From IMG/VR virus record IMGVR_UViG_3300025598_000020: a stretch of DNA of 64,000 nt. One strand, written 5' to 3'. A program made the translations under genes and the position numbers. This DNA is from a virus. Below, piece after piece: positions 10,597-21,158 of this stretch; the first letter of the stretch is position 1, and the number at the start of each line of letters is the position of its first letter. The notes below the pieces were generated by a model, which saw nothing but the letters and a program-made list of their open reading frames with translations, ran no database searches and was not told where the DNA came from.

Positions 10597-11908
10597 TTAC
10601 TTTTTCCATTAATTTTGCAATTGTTTGTTGTTGTTCTTTAATTGCTTCTACAAGAACTGGTATCAATTTGTGATAATGAACTGTTAGATAGTTTTGACCA
10701 GATTTACTTTTTCCATTCTCATCTACGTCAAAAGGAGCTGGTACAACAATTTCAGGTATATGTGTTTGAATTTGTTGAGCTATAACACCAACATGTCTTG
10801 TTAAATCTCTTTTGTAACCAAATTTTTCTGCATGTCTATTTTGACTAAAATAAATTCCACTCAAAGACATAACTTTTTCCAATGCACCATCAATATTGCC
10901 AATAATATCTTTCAGTCTTCTATCTGAATAATAAGCAATAATGTTACCTGATGCTTGAATCGAACCTGTTGGTCCTGCTGGTGCAGAACCTACACCAAGA
11001 GCGGATATGTTTGGTGTAGATGTTGTTGTTACACTTCCAGTTGCACCGGTTGGTCCAGTACTACCAGTGGGTCCTTGTGCGCCTGATGGTCCTGTAGGAC
11101 CAGTAGAACCTTGTACACCTGAAGGACCAGGTGATCCAGTAGGTCCAGTGGAACCTTGTGCACCACTACCACCTTGTGGTCCTTGAAATCCTGATGGACC
11201 TGTACCTCCGGTTGAGCCGGTTGAACCTTGTACACCGGCTGGTCCTGGACTACCAGTTGACCCTGTTGTTCCTGTTACACCAGTTGTTCCTTGTGGTCCT
11301 TGGAAACCAGAAGGTCCTGTGCCGCCTGTGGCACCAGTTGATCCTTGAACACCAGCAGGTCCTGTACCTCCAGTTGCGCCTGTTGTACCTGTTGTGCCAG
11401 TTGGTCCTTGTGGACCTTGAAAGCCAGAAGGTCCGGTACTACCTGCACTACCTTGAACACCTTGAAAACCAGCAGGTCCGGTACTTCCCGTAACACCTGT
11501 TGTTCCTGTTGCACCTGTTGGTCCTTGTGGACCTTGGAAACCAGATGGACCTGTTGGTCCTTGAGTACCTTGAAATCCAGAAACACCTGTTGTTCCAGTG
11601 CTACCTGTAGTACCTTGAACACCTGAAGCGCCAGTTGGCCCCTGAGGACCTTGGAAACCAGATGGACCTGTTGGTCCTTGAGTACCTTGAGCACCAGGTG
11701 AACCTTGTGCACCTGAACTTCCTGGTGTTCCATTTGTTCCTTGCACACCGGCCGCGCCTTGAACTCCTTGTGGTCCTTGTGCACCTGGACTTCCTGTTGG
11801 TCCAGTATAAGAAGATGCTGCTGAAATCCAGACACCATTGGCTGCAATAACTGGAGTTGTACCTACAGTTAGTCCATTCTTAGCGACAAAATTATTTGCT
11901 GTTGCCAT
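10580..11908 (-). CDS. Collagen-like fibre protein B with S74 chaperone
   Basis: About 86 Gly-X-Y triplets from Gly36; [15 protein letters not shown]. Confidence 0.92.
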   Translation of the reverse strand: MATANNFVAKNGLTVGTTPVIAANGVWISAASSYTGPTGSPGAQGPQGVQGAAGVQGTNGTPGSSGAQGSPGAQGTQGPTGPSGFQGPQGPTGASGVQGTTGSTGTTGVSGFQGTQGPTGPSGFQGPQGPTGATGTTGVTGSTGPAGFQGVQGSAGSTGPSGFQGPQGPTGTTGTTGATGGTGPAGVQGSTGATGGTGPSGFQGPQGTTGVTGTTGSTGSPGPAGVQGSTGSTGGTGPSGFQGPQGGSGAQGSTGPTGSPGPSGVQGSTGPTGPSGAQGPTGSTGPTGATGSVTTTSTPNISALGVGSAPAGPTGSIQASGNIIAYYSDRRLKDIIGNIDGALEKVMSLSGIYFSQNRHAEKFGYKRDLTRHVGVIAQQIQTHIPEIVVPAPFDVDENGKSKSGQNYLTVHYHKLIPVLVEAIKEQQQTIAKLMEKVNGNSK

Positions 11909-11909
11909 C

Positions 11910-13220
11910 TTACTTTAGTCTCTCTTCCAGAGATTCTATTTCTCTTTGTTGTTCTTTGATTGTCTCTATGATTAAAGGAATTAATAATTCATATTGTACT
12001 GTTAGGTAGTATTCTCCAGATTTGCTGCCGTCTTTTCCATCATTGTCAAATGGTGCACGTTTAATTACTTCAGGTAAAACTTTATGTACCTCTTGTGCAA
12101 TCACACCAACATAATTTTTATCATCGGTGTACCCATATTTTTTTGCAAGTTCATTATTTTTATAAATGATACCACTTAATGTGTATAATTTTTCAGCAGC
12201 ATTATTGATTGTTTCAATGTTATCTTTTAATCTTATGTCTGAGAAATATGCCGTGATGTTATTTGTTGCAACAATTTGGCCTGTTGTTGTTACTGCAGCA
12301 GTACCAACACCCAAATATGTGGCTGTTGTGCCTAATGTTCCGCTAGGGCCAGTTGCACCTTGATATCCTGATGGTCCTGTGCCGCCAGCTGGACCTTGTG
12401 CGCCTGGTGAACCTGTTGGTCCTCCACCACCCTGAGCACCAGGTGAACCTGTTGGTCCTGTAGGTCCTTGTGCACCTGTTGGTCCAGGAGAGCCAGTAGA
12501 ACCTTGTCTGCCAGCTGGTCCGGGAGAACCAGTTGGTCCTTGAGTGCCTTGATAACCGGATGGTCCAGTAGGACCTTGAACACCTTGGAAACCAGATGGT
12601 CCAGGAGAACCAGTAGAACCTTGTTGACCTGCTGGTCCAGGAGTTCCAGTTGGTCCAGGTGGTCCTTGATAACCTGATGGTCCAGTGGAACCTTGAACAC
12701 CTTGAACACCAGAAGGTCCAGTGGAACCTGTTGGTCCTTGAAAGCCTGATGGACCTTGTGCGCCTGCTGGTCCCGGAGCACCTTGTCTGCCAGCCGAACC
12801 TTGAGTGCCTTGAGCACCTTGAACACCTGCGGGACCAGTACTACCTGTTGGACCTTGAGCACCTGGTGTTCCTGTAGGTCCTTGAGCACCTTGAGCACCT
12901 TGGAAACCAGATGGTCCAGTAGAACCTTGAGCACCTTGTACGCCAGAAGGTCCAGGTGAACCTGTTGGTCCTTGAGCACCTGATGTACCTGTGGAACCTT
13001 GAGCACCAGGAGAACCTTGACTTCCTTGTGGACCGTTAGACCCTAATGTACCTTGTACACCTTGAGGACCCTGAGCTCCTTGTGCACCAGAAGTACCAGT
13101 AAATCCTTGTGGCCCAGTAATATTAGTACCAGGTCCAGTCCATTGTCCGGAAGAATTGATGACATTTGTAGTATTTACGGTTAAACCGTTCTTAACTACA
13201 AAATTAATTTGAGTTGCCAT
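11910..13220 (-). CDS. Collagen-like fibre protein A with S74 chaperone
   Basis: About 88 Gly-X-Y triplets from Gly36; [15 protein letters not shown]. Confidence 0.92.
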   Translation of the reverse strand: MATQINFVVKNGLTVNTTNVINSSGQWTGPGTNITGPQGFTGTSGAQGAQGPQGVQGTLGSNGPQGSQGSPGAQGSTGTSGAQGPTGSPGPSGVQGAQGSTGPSGFQGAQGAQGPTGTPGAQGPTGSTGPAGVQGAQGTQGSAGRQGAPGPAGAQGPSGFQGPTGSTGPSGVQGVQGSTGPSGYQGPPGPTGTPGPAGQQGSTGSPGPSGFQGVQGPTGPSGYQGTQGPTGSPGPAGRQGSTGSPGPTGAQGPTGPTGSPGAQGGGGPTGSPGAQGPAGGTGPSGYQGATGPSGTLGTTATYLGVGTAAVTTTGQIVATNNITAYFSDIRLKDNIETINNAAEKLYTLSGIIYKNNELAKKYGYTDDKNYVGVIAQEVHKVLPEVIKRAPFDNDGKDGSKSGEYYLTVQYELLIPLIIETIKEQQREIESLEERLK

Positions 13221-13251
13221 TAAGGTTCACTATCCCCTTTTTATTATAATC

Positions 13252-13259
13252 TATTTATT
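13252..13259 (-). promoter_or_regulatory. T4-type late promoter-like box (AATAAATA) upstream of the collagen operon
   Basis: nATAAATA in a short intergenic gap; similar boxes at 19-26, 5748-5755, 18297-18304, 23257-23264, 33969-33976 and 47996-48003; late coactivator gp33 is in the window. Confidence 0.6.
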
Positions 13260-16200
13260 AGACTGAGATTGTATCCCTAACAAGATTGATTGTCATTGAT
13301 GTTGCACTTACTGGATTAATTAATAAACTTAATGTAGAACCAGAAATTGATGCGTCAAAAGTTCCAAGAATAGTACCTGTTGTAACTTCACCATACTGTG
13401 TTAAGTAAGCTGTAGTGCCGTTTTGTATCAACAATAATTCAATCGTATGATAGTTGCTGCCTTGTGTCATTTGTACCAAATATTTGGCCGTGCGATATGT
13501 TGATGTTGACCAAGTATCAATTGCAGTTTGTGATGTTGTTGCAGTTGTAGATTGAACAATTGTTGTGTTAACTGTAGCAGAACTGTTTGTAATTGCAACT
13601 GAGTTTGATGTTGTTGTACCAACTACTGTTAATTTGGTTGTAGGCGAACTCGTCCCAATACCCAGACCTGTGCTGGTCAGGCGCATTTGTTCGGCGTTGT
13701 TTAAAGTAAAAACTGTATAAGCAGGTGAATCAAGTTTTAATCCATTGACATTTGTGTAATCTGCTTGAACAGAATAAACTCCTGAATCATTCCATATTTT
13801 GCCAATAGTTGCTGCGCCGCCATTGCCTTGCTGGATAGTTCCATTTACAAAAAATGTTGACCCATTCCACGTCAGCGCAGAACCATTAACCACATAACCT
13901 GTACCATTCGCATACATCACGCCATTGTTTGTGAAACCTGATGCAGCAAGCTTGGTGTTTGCGGTTGCAAATGCACCATTGGCATATACGCCTGCACTGT
14001 TAGCTGTATTATATGCAGAATTGGCCTGAACAAAAGAAGCGTTTGCTTGTACAAAGATTGAATTTGAAAAACTAAATGGTGCAGCTGCCGTATTTTGTGA
14101 TGTAGAATCAGCAAATTTGATTGGTAAATTCTTCATTACCAAACCAACATTATTCTTAAATCTTGCTATTTCATTACCAGTATTAACACCATTTGCAGTA
14201 AAGATAATGTCGTTTGGTGCACCTGTAGCAATAATCATGTTACCGCCGCCGGTATTTGTGTTGCCATAAGCAATCAAATATCCGTCATTTGGTCCAATCA
14301 TTGTGTAACCACTATAATTGTATGTACTACTACCCATACCTAAGTCAAGGAATGTATCGCTTGCAGTACCATTATCGGGTGTAATAAAGATATCAAAAGA
14401 AGCATTGTTGCCGCTATTGATATTTTGCATGTTAAGTCCAGAGTAACCGTTATAGTTACTGGACATTTGGAATACCATCTGAGGTTCTAAGAAGTAACCT
14501 GATGGGATACCAGCGTATAATGCACCAAAACCGTTTGAGGATGAACCAAAGAATTGACCAGTATTACCTGTGATGGTTGAATTGATTACATTACCGGTAA
14601 AATTAATATTACCACTAACTGTTAAGTTACCATTGATTGTGGTGTTACCAGAAATTGTACCACCAGTAGATGAGAACTTAGTATTAGCAACAGTAAAGGC
14701 ACCATTAGCATATACACCAGCAGAAATTGCTGTAGAGTTGGCTATATTTGCTACTAAAAATGCAGAGTTGGCATATACACCAGCAGAGTTAGCAGTATTG
14801 AAGGCCGCATTTGCTTGTACAAAAGCACCATTAGCATATATGCCTGCTGAGTTTGCTGTTAGATAAGATGAGTTGGCATAAGAACCTGCACTATTGGCAG
14901 CCGTAAATGCCGAGTTGGCATAAGAACTGGCTGAAGCTGCATTGGTAGTTGCAGTATTTGCTTGTGTGTATGCTGAGTTAGCATATGAACTTGCTGCAGC
15001 TGCATTGGTTACAGCTGTATTTGCCTGATTAAATGCCGAGTTGGCATAAGAACTGGCGGCACCTGCATTGGTTACAGCTGTATTTGCTTGTGTGTATGCT
15101 GAGTTAGCATATACACCAGCAGAAATTGCTGTAGAGTTGGCTATATTTGCTACTAAAAATGCAGAGTTGGCATATACACCAGCAGAAATTGCTGTAGAGT
15201 TGGCTGTATTTGCTACTAAAAATGCAGAATTGGCATAAGAACTGGCCGCACCAGCATTGGTTACAGCTGTATTTGCTTGGTTATATGCTGAATTAGCTTC
15301 TGCAAATGCACCGTTAGCATATGAACTGGCCGCAGCTGCGTTAGATATTGCAGTATTTGCCTGAGTGTATGCTGAATTGGCATAAGAACTGGCTGCAGCT
15401 GCATTGGTTACAGCTGTATTTGCTTGGTTATATGCAGAGTTTGCTTCAGCAAAAGCACCATTTGCATACGAAGCTGCAGCAGATATGTTTGTATTTTGTG
15501 TTGCATCGACACCAGTTTGTAAAGTGAACTGAGTATTAGCATAGTTATAAGCTGAATTGGCATATGAACCTGCTGATAATGCATTTGCATTGGCAGTATT
15601 TGCTTGGTTGTAAGCTGCATTGGCTTCTGCGAAAGCACCGTTAGCATAAGAAGATGCAGAAGCAATATTAGTATTTTGTGTTGCATCTATACCAGTTTGT
15701 AAAGTGAACTGGGTATTAGCATAGTTATAAGCTGAATTGGCTTCTGCGAAAGCACCGTTAGCATATACGCCGGCCGAGTTTGCAGTTGAAAATGCAGAGT
15801 TAGCATAAGAACTTGCAGAGACTGCATTATTTGCAGCGGTATTGGCAGCCGTAAATGCTGAATTGGCATATGAACTTGCTGCAGCTGCATTGGTTACAGC
15901 TGTATTTGCCTGATTAAATGCCGAGTTGGCATAAGAACTGGCTGCAGCTGCATTGGTTATAGCTGTATTTGCTTGTGTATAAGCTGAATTAGCAATATCT
16001 CTTGCAACATTATCAATTGCCGAACCACCACTAATTGTATTGGCAAAAGCATACACTATATTTGCCAAGGCAAAAGCACCATTGGCATATATGCCAGCAG
16101 AGTTAGCAGTTGAAAATGCACTATTAGCATAAGAACCAGCTGCATTTGCAGTTGAATATGCTGAATTGGCTTCGGCAAAAGCACCGTTAGCATATATGCC

Positions 16201-18270
16201 AGCAGAGTTAGCAGTTGAAAACGCAGAGTTGGCATATGAACTGGCTGCAGCTGCATTTGTGGTTGCAGTATTTGCCTGATTAAATGCTGAATTAGCATAA
16301 GAACTGGCTGCAGCTGCGTTGGTTACAGCTGTATTTGCAGTTGAATATGCAGAGTTTGCTTCTGTAAATGCACCATTAGCATATAAAGCTGCACTGTTAG
16401 CTGTACTATATGCCGAATTGGCTTCTACGAATGCCGCATTAGCTTGTACAAAGATTGAATTTGAGAAACTAAATGGCGCAGCTGCCGTATTTTGTTTAGT
16501 GGAATCTGCAAAAGTGAGTGGTAAAGATTTTAATACAAGACCCGTATTGTATTTGAAACGAGCAATTTCATTACCTGTTGTTGCACCATTTGCAGCAAAA
16601 ATGATATCTTTTGGTGTATTTGTATAAAATATTAAATTACCACCACCGGTTGTTGTATTACCTGAAGCATAAACATAACCATCATTCGGTCCAAACAAAT
16701 TATAGTTTGGATTTGAGTATGTTGAACTTGTAATACCCATGTCAATATAACCATCATTTGCAGTACCGTTGTCGGATGTTGCAGTATAATCGGCCGTTGC
16801 ATTGGCACCATTGTTCAGATTTTGCAAGTTTATCTGTACATAATCACCATAATTACCACTTGATTGTATAATTGTTTGTGGTTCAAAAGTAAATCCTGTT
16901 GGAACACCAGCATACAAAGCGCCAAAACCATTTGCACTTGTACCAAAAAATTCACCAGTGTTACCGGAAATTGTTTGATTGATAACGTTACCGGTATATG
17001 TAATGTTACCTGTAACACTCAAATCACCGGAAATAGTGACATTACCAGAAATTGTACCACCGGTAGATGAGAACTTACTATTGGCAGTATTGAAGGCCGC
17101 ATTTGCTTGTACAAAAGCACCATTAGCATATATGCCAGCAGAGTTTGCTGTTAGATAAGCTGAGTTGGCATATGCGCCAGCAGAATTGGCTGCTGTGAAA
17201 GCACTATTGGCATAAGAACTGGCTGCAGTTGCATTAGTTGCAGCGGAGTTAGCCTGAGTGTATGCTGAATTGGCATAAGAACTGGCTGCAGCTGCGTTGG
17301 TAGTTGCCGTATTGGCCTGAGTGTATGCTGAATTGGCATATGAAGATGCTGCTAACGCATTGGTTACAGCTGTATTTGCTTGTGTGTAAGCAGAGTTGGC
17401 ATAAGAACTGGCTGCAGCTGCATTGGTTACAGCTGTATTTGCTTGTGTATAAGCTGCATTGGCTTCCGCAAAAGCACCATTTGCATATGATGCTGCCGAA
17501 GTAATATTAGTATTTTGCGTTAAGTCTACACCAGTTTGCAAAGTGAACTGGGTATTAGCATAATTGTATGCAGAATTTGCTTCTGCAAATGCCCCATTAG
17601 CATAAGAAGATGCGGAGTTTGCAGTTATAAAAGCAGAGTTGGCATAAGAACTAGCCGCACCAGCATTGGTAGTTGCCGTGTTTGCTTGGTTATATGCAGA
17701 GTTGGCAGTTAATCTTGCAACATTATCAATTGCCGAACCACCACTAATTGTATTGGCAAAAGCATACACTATATTTGCCAAGGCAAAAGCACCATTGGCA
17801 TATACACCAGCAGAAGTTGCTGTAGAATTTGCAAGATTGGCTTCTGCATATGCTGAATTGGCTTGAACAAACGCTGCATTGGCCTGTATGAATGCTGGTT
17901 GTGCATATGTGCCTGCATTGTTGGCAGCATTGAAGGCTGCGTTAGCTTGTAAAAATGCTAAATTGGCCTGATTGTATCCATTACCTGCTAATACGAATGC
18001 ACTATTAGCTTCTATAAATGCTGCATTGGCATATGCACCAGCAGAATTGGCTGCTGTGAAAGCTAAATTGGCTTGTATAAAACTTGAATTGGCTTCAGAA
18101 AATAAAACGTTTACAGTATTTTGTGTAGCAATATAGTGACCGCCTCTGGTCACACCGTCTTGTAATACTAAAGTGTTGGCTTGTGTATCAACAGTAAGTT
18201 CACCAATGACACCAGTAAATGCCGCAATCTGTGATGTATTACCTCGTCTTAATTGTAATTGTGTTGACAT
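13258..18270 (-). CDS. Very long tail fibre with Mtd-like N-terminus, Ala/Asn-rich helical repeats and a duplicated globular domain
   Basis: LQLRRG..GELTVDT N-terminus; dozens of ANSAY/FxxANxA repeats; two similar domains of about 210 aa. Confidence 0.85.
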   Translation of the reverse strand: MSTQLQLRRGNTSQIAAFTGVIGELTVDTQANTLVLQDGVTRGGHYIATQNTVNVLFSEANSSFIQANLAFTAANSAGAYANAAFIEANSAFVLAGNGYNQANLAFLQANAAFNAANNAGTYAQPAFIQANAAFVQANSAYAEANLANSTATSAGVYANGAFALANIVYAFANTISGGSAIDNVARLTANSAYNQANTATTNAGAASSYANSAFITANSASSYANGAFAEANSAYNYANTQFTLQTGVDLTQNTNITSAASYANGAFAEANAAYTQANTAVTNAAAASSYANSAYTQANTAVTNALAASSYANSAYTQANTATTNAAAASSYANSAYTQANSAATNATAASSYANSAFTAANSAGAYANSAYLTANSAGIYANGAFVQANAAFNTANSKFSSTGGTISGNVTISGDLSVTGNITYTGNVINQTISGNTGEFFGTSANGFGALYAGVPTGFTFEPQTIIQSSGNYGDYVQINLQNLNNGANATADYTATSDNGTANDGYIDMGITSSTYSNPNYNLFGPNDGYVYASGNTTTGGGNLIFYTNTPKDIIFAANGATTGNEIARFKYNTGLVLKSLPLTFADSTKQNTAAAPFSFSNSIFVQANAAFVEANSAYSTANSAALYANGAFTEANSAYSTANTAVTNAAAASSYANSAFNQANTATTNAAAASSYANSAFSTANSAGIYANGAFAEANSAYSTANAAGSYANSAFSTANSAGIYANGAFALANIVYAFANTISGGSAIDNVARDIANSAYTQANTAITNAAAASSYANSAFNQANTAVTNAAAASSYANSAFTAANTAANNAVSASSYANSAFSTANSAGVYANGAFAEANSAYNYANTQFTLQTGIDATQNTNIASASSYANGAFAEANAAYNQANTANANALSAGSYANSAYNYANTQFTLQTGVDATQNTNISAAASYANGAFAEANSAYNQANTAVTNAAAASSYANSAYTQANTAISNAAAASSYANGAFAEANSAYNQANTAVTNAGAASSYANSAFLVANTANSTAISAGVYANSAFLVANIANSTAISAGVYANSAYTQANTAVTNAGAASSYANSAFNQANTAVTNAAAASSYANSAYTQANTATTNAASASSYANSAFTAANSAGSYANSSYLTANSAGIYANGAFVQANAAFNTANSAGVYANSAFLVANIANSTAISAGVYANGAFTVANTKFSSTGGTISGNTTINGNLTVSGNINFTGNVINSTITGNTGQFFGSSSNGFGALYAGIPSGYFLEPQMVFQMSSNYNGYSGLNMQNINSGNNASFDIFITPDNGTASDTFLDLGMGSSTYNYSGYTMIGPNDGYLIAYGNTNTGGGNMIIATGAPNDIIFTANGVNTGNEIARFKNNVGLVMKNLPIKFADSTSQNTAAAPFSFSNSIFVQANASFVQANSAYNTANSAGVYANGAFATANTKLAASGFTNNGVMYANGTGYVVNGSALTWNGSTFFVNGTIQQGNGGAATIGKIWNDSGVYSVQADYTNVNGLKLDSPAYTVFTLNNAEQMRLTSTGLGIGTSSPTTKLTVVGTTTSNSVAITNSSATVNTTIVQSTTATTSQTAIDTWSTSTYRTAKYLVQMTQGSNYHTIELLLIQNGTTAYLTQYGEVTTGTILGTFDASISGSTLSLLINPVSATSMTINLVRDTISV
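14700..18100 (-). repeat. Degenerate repeat tracts encoding ANSA(Y/F)xxAN(T/S)A units (7/14/21-aa multiples), interrupted by one globular domain
   Basis: Near-identical nucleotide units such as ggcataagaactggctgcagctgcattggttacagctgtatttgc recur many times. Confidence 0.85.
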
Positions 18271-18313
18271 GAATAATAGCCTTTGTTAACCTTTTTTATT
18301 TATGTTATTCTTT

Positions 18314-18931
18314 TTAGTATACTGTGCCTAAATCCACATCACCATATATTTCTATGCCTGTATCCACTGAGCCCAAATCTATGTATGGAAAACCACTACT
18401 AGAAGATGTATTTGCAGTAATTGTTATTTGTGATGTTGAAGGATTTGCAGTAATAACAACACCATCACCACCAACAAATTGTACTGTTTGACTGGTACTA
18501 CCACTAATGGTATCACCCATAGTATCTGTGAAAGCATTAAAACTTGTTGAAGCTAAACTATATGCAGAACAAGCAGTGGAATATGCAGAACTGGCTAAAG
18601 TATATGCTGAATTAGCCTCATCAAATGCCGCATTTGCAGTTGCTCTGGCCACATTATCGGATGAACTACCGGAACCAGAAGAATTGATTGTAACTGAATT
18701 TGTTACTGTATTGGTTGTTAGAGTAACATTGTTGCCTGCCACCAAAGTCAATGGTGAGTTTGCACTATTCGCAAGTACAGTTGACTGTCCTGATACTACA
18801 ATCGTACCAAAAGAGTTACCACCTTGATTGGAGACTTGTAAATCCCATGCATAACCATTGTATACCCAAGTCTTATTACCTACGGTATAACTTTGTCCTA
18901 CTGATGGAGATGATGGAAAATTTATTGCCAT
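18314..18931 (-). CDS. Fibre adaptor/virion structural protein
   Basis: N-terminus [21 protein letters not shown]; short ANSAY repeat; ends DLGTVY. Confidence 0.6.
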   Translation of the reverse strand: MAINFPSSPSVGQSYTVGNKTWVYNGYAWDLQVSNQGGNSFGTIVVSGQSTVLANSANSPLTLVAGNNVTLTTNTVTNSVTINSSGSGSSSDNVARATANAAFDEANSAYTLASSAYSTACSAYSLASTSFNAFTDTMGDTISGSTSQTVQFVGGDGVVITANPSTSQITITANTSSSSGFPYIDLGSVDTGIEIYGDVDLGTVY

Positions 18932-18934
18932 TTA

Positions 18935-20599
18935 TTATCCTATGTAAGCCACAGACCAATTGTCGTTGCTATCAAATATGATTGTACCAGAACTTGCAAT
19001 TAATTGTAGTGTATCGCCTACCGCCAGTTTCACAATGTTGGCGCCACCGGCATGGTTCATTGAAGTGTTTGGACCAAATTCAACCATAATACAAGTTGTT
19101 GTCCCACCACCAATTGCAGCAGTTTTTCTAACTAAGGCTTGAGCAATACCACTTGAACTATTATTATATGTTCTAATCACTAAATTAACTTGATATAAAC
19201 CTGCAACAGGCGCTGTAAATATACCAGTAGTTCCGTTCAGGTAACTTCCTTGATTATATTCAATATTCCAATTGCTATTCGTTAATGTGTTTGAGGAAGC
19301 AACTGAGCCACCATTACCTCTTACACAAAATGCTGGACGATTTGGTGCATAACCAGCAGCAATACCGTTTGTTGTTGTATTACCTGCAAGTGTTAAGTCG
19401 CCCGCATCACTCAAAGAAAATGATGTTATTAGGTATGCACTATTAACAACTTGTAATTCACCAACAGAACTTAAACGGATTGTTTTGTTTCCGTTTGTTG
19501 CGCCAGCAGATGTATTTGTAAATTTTAATACATCTGCATAACCTGTACCACCAATTGTATTGGCTGCAGTAATAGACAATCCTGAACCTGTTGTTGTGAC
19601 AGGTTGATATGTTATACTTACATTTCCTGTTATACTTCCACCAGTGTTTGCAAGTGCGTTGTTTGCTTTGGAGAAAGCACTATTAGCATATGAACCAGCT
19701 GAGTTTGCGGCAGTAAATGCTGAGTTTGCATAAGAACTGGCCGCATTAATAGAGTTATTTTGTGTAAGTTCTATGCCTGCTAAATTCACCGTATTGGATG
19801 CTGCGGTATTAGCTGCCGTAAATGCTGAATTGGCATAGGCACCAGCAGAATTAGATGCTGTGAAAGCTGAATTGGCATAAGATCCAGCACTATTAGCAGT
19901 TGAAAATGCACTATTAGCATAAGAACCAGCTGCATTGATGGAACTGTTTTGTGTTAATTCAATACCCACCAAATTAACAGTATTGGATGCTGATGTATTG
20001 GCTGCATTAAATGCCGCATTGGCTTGTGCAAAGATACTATTAGAATATAGTAATAATTCTACACCGCTGTCATAGATTGTATTTGAACTAACACTATTGA
20101 ATGTAGAAGTTGTGACATTACTTTGAGCACCAGTTGGTCCAAATTCTGCCCATATTGGATATGCCGTGTTGCCAAAGTTTTCATACATTACACCTGTATT
20201 AGAATTCAACCACAAATCGTTTGAATTTGGATTACTTGGTGCAGTATTTTGATAATATGTTTGTGTTTTTGCATTGGCTGCTGAGTAGACAATACTGCCA
20301 TCTAATGTAATTGTCTTACTAGTAGTATTAGCAAAAACACCAATACCATTTGCGCCTTTGAAACTTAGAGTGTCTGTGTTAGATGTTGCAAGTATTAGTG
20401 AACCAGATACGTTCATTGTTGAGAACGAATTGGTAAACTGACCGCTAGAGATATATGTTATTGTACCTGTAGCATTTTTATAATACAACTTTCCATCGTA
20501 GTAGTTAAGTGCCAACTCACCATAATTTAGTGATGCTGGTACGTTACCTGATACGCCAGATTTTCTTAGTTGAATTGTTGTATTTGCAATTGTTGCCAT
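18935..20599 (-). CDS. Tail fibre with T-even distal-fibre-like N-terminus and C-terminal C1q-like domain
   Basis: IQLRKS..GELALN N-terminus; C-terminal PAF..TGIFTAPVAGLYQV..VKLAVGDT. Confidence 0.75.
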   Translation of the reverse strand: MATIANTTIQLRKSGVSGNVPASLNYGELALNYYDGKLYYKNATGTITYISSGQFTNSFSTMNVSGSLILATSNTDTLSFKGANGIGVFANTTSKTITLDGSIVYSAANAKTQTYYQNTAPSNPNSNDLWLNSNTGVMYENFGNTAYPIWAEFGPTGAQSNVTTSTFNSVSSNTIYDSGVELLLYSNSIFAQANAAFNAANTSASNTVNLVGIELTQNSSINAAGSYANSAFSTANSAGSYANSAFTASNSAGAYANSAFTAANTAASNTVNLAGIELTQNNSINAASSYANSAFTAANSAGSYANSAFSKANNALANTGGSITGNVSITYQPVTTTGSGLSITAANTIGGTGYADVLKFTNTSAGATNGNKTIRLSSVGELQVVNSAYLITSFSLSDAGDLTLAGNTTTNGIAAGYAPNRPAFCVRGNGGSVASSNTLTNSNWNIEYNQGSYLNGTTGIFTAPVAGLYQVNLVIRTYNNSSSGIAQALVRKTAAIGGGTTTCIMVEFGPNTSMNHAGGANIVKLAVGDTLQLIASSGTIIFDSNDNWSVAYIG

Positions 20600-20602
20600 C
20601 TA

Positions 20603-21127
20603 TTAAAAACTTCCGCCATCCTCTATTGGATTTATAATTGTTGATGTCGTAATCAATTTATTTTCATCAATTTTCTTACGCTTTGCCGGAGTTAATTGCA
20701 AATAATTTATTTGTTCATTCAATGATTTAATTTTTGATTCATAATCGTCACGAGTTTTTTGGTGTTCATCTCGTTCTCTAATCAATTCATTTCTAAATGT
20801 ATCAACATGTTGAACTTGATGACGCACATTTTCATATTCATGTTTCACACTACTTAGATTATTGATTTCTTTTCTCAAGTCTTCAATAATTCTATCTTTA
20901 TTTTCAGATATAGTTCTCACTTGGTCACTCGCAATTTGTTGAGAACTTGATGTTTCTTTTCTTAGGTTCTCAACAATGCTTTCTAATTCTTCAACTTTTT
21001 GATTTAATTCACCAATTGCTTCGTCACTTATTTTAAGATTGGTCTGTAATGAAATATTTCTCAGTACAGCATCTTGCATCGTATTGGTCACCATTTCAAT
21101 ATAATAGTTCACATATTTCTCACTCAT
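20603..21127 (-). CDS. Coiled-coil hypothetical protein ending DGGSF
   Basis: 174-aa ORF with GGAG RBS and charged heptads. Confidence 0.7.
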   Translation of the reverse strand: MSEKYVNYYIEMVTNTMQDAVLRNISLQTNLKISDEAIGELNQKVEELESIVENLRKETSSSQQIASDQVRTISENKDRIIEDLRKEINNLSSVKHEYENVRHQVQHVDTFRNELIRERDEHQKTRDDYESKIKSLNEQINYLQLTPAKRKKIDENKLITTSTIINPIEDGGSF

Positions 21128-21158
21128 CTCAAACTCCTAATAAATCATAATATAGTAT

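Noticed and set aside
9687-13006. Long alternative-frame and antisense ORFs over the collagen genes (VHKDHK/VLKVL repeats)
   Set aside because: Expected shadows of Gly-X-Y codon periodicity; no independent expression signals seen
2154-18270. Diversity-generating retroelement suggested by the Mtd-like N-termini
   Set aside because: No reverse transcriptase in the window and no TR/VR pair with adenine-specific mismatches seen; only the N-terminal anchor domain is Mtd-like
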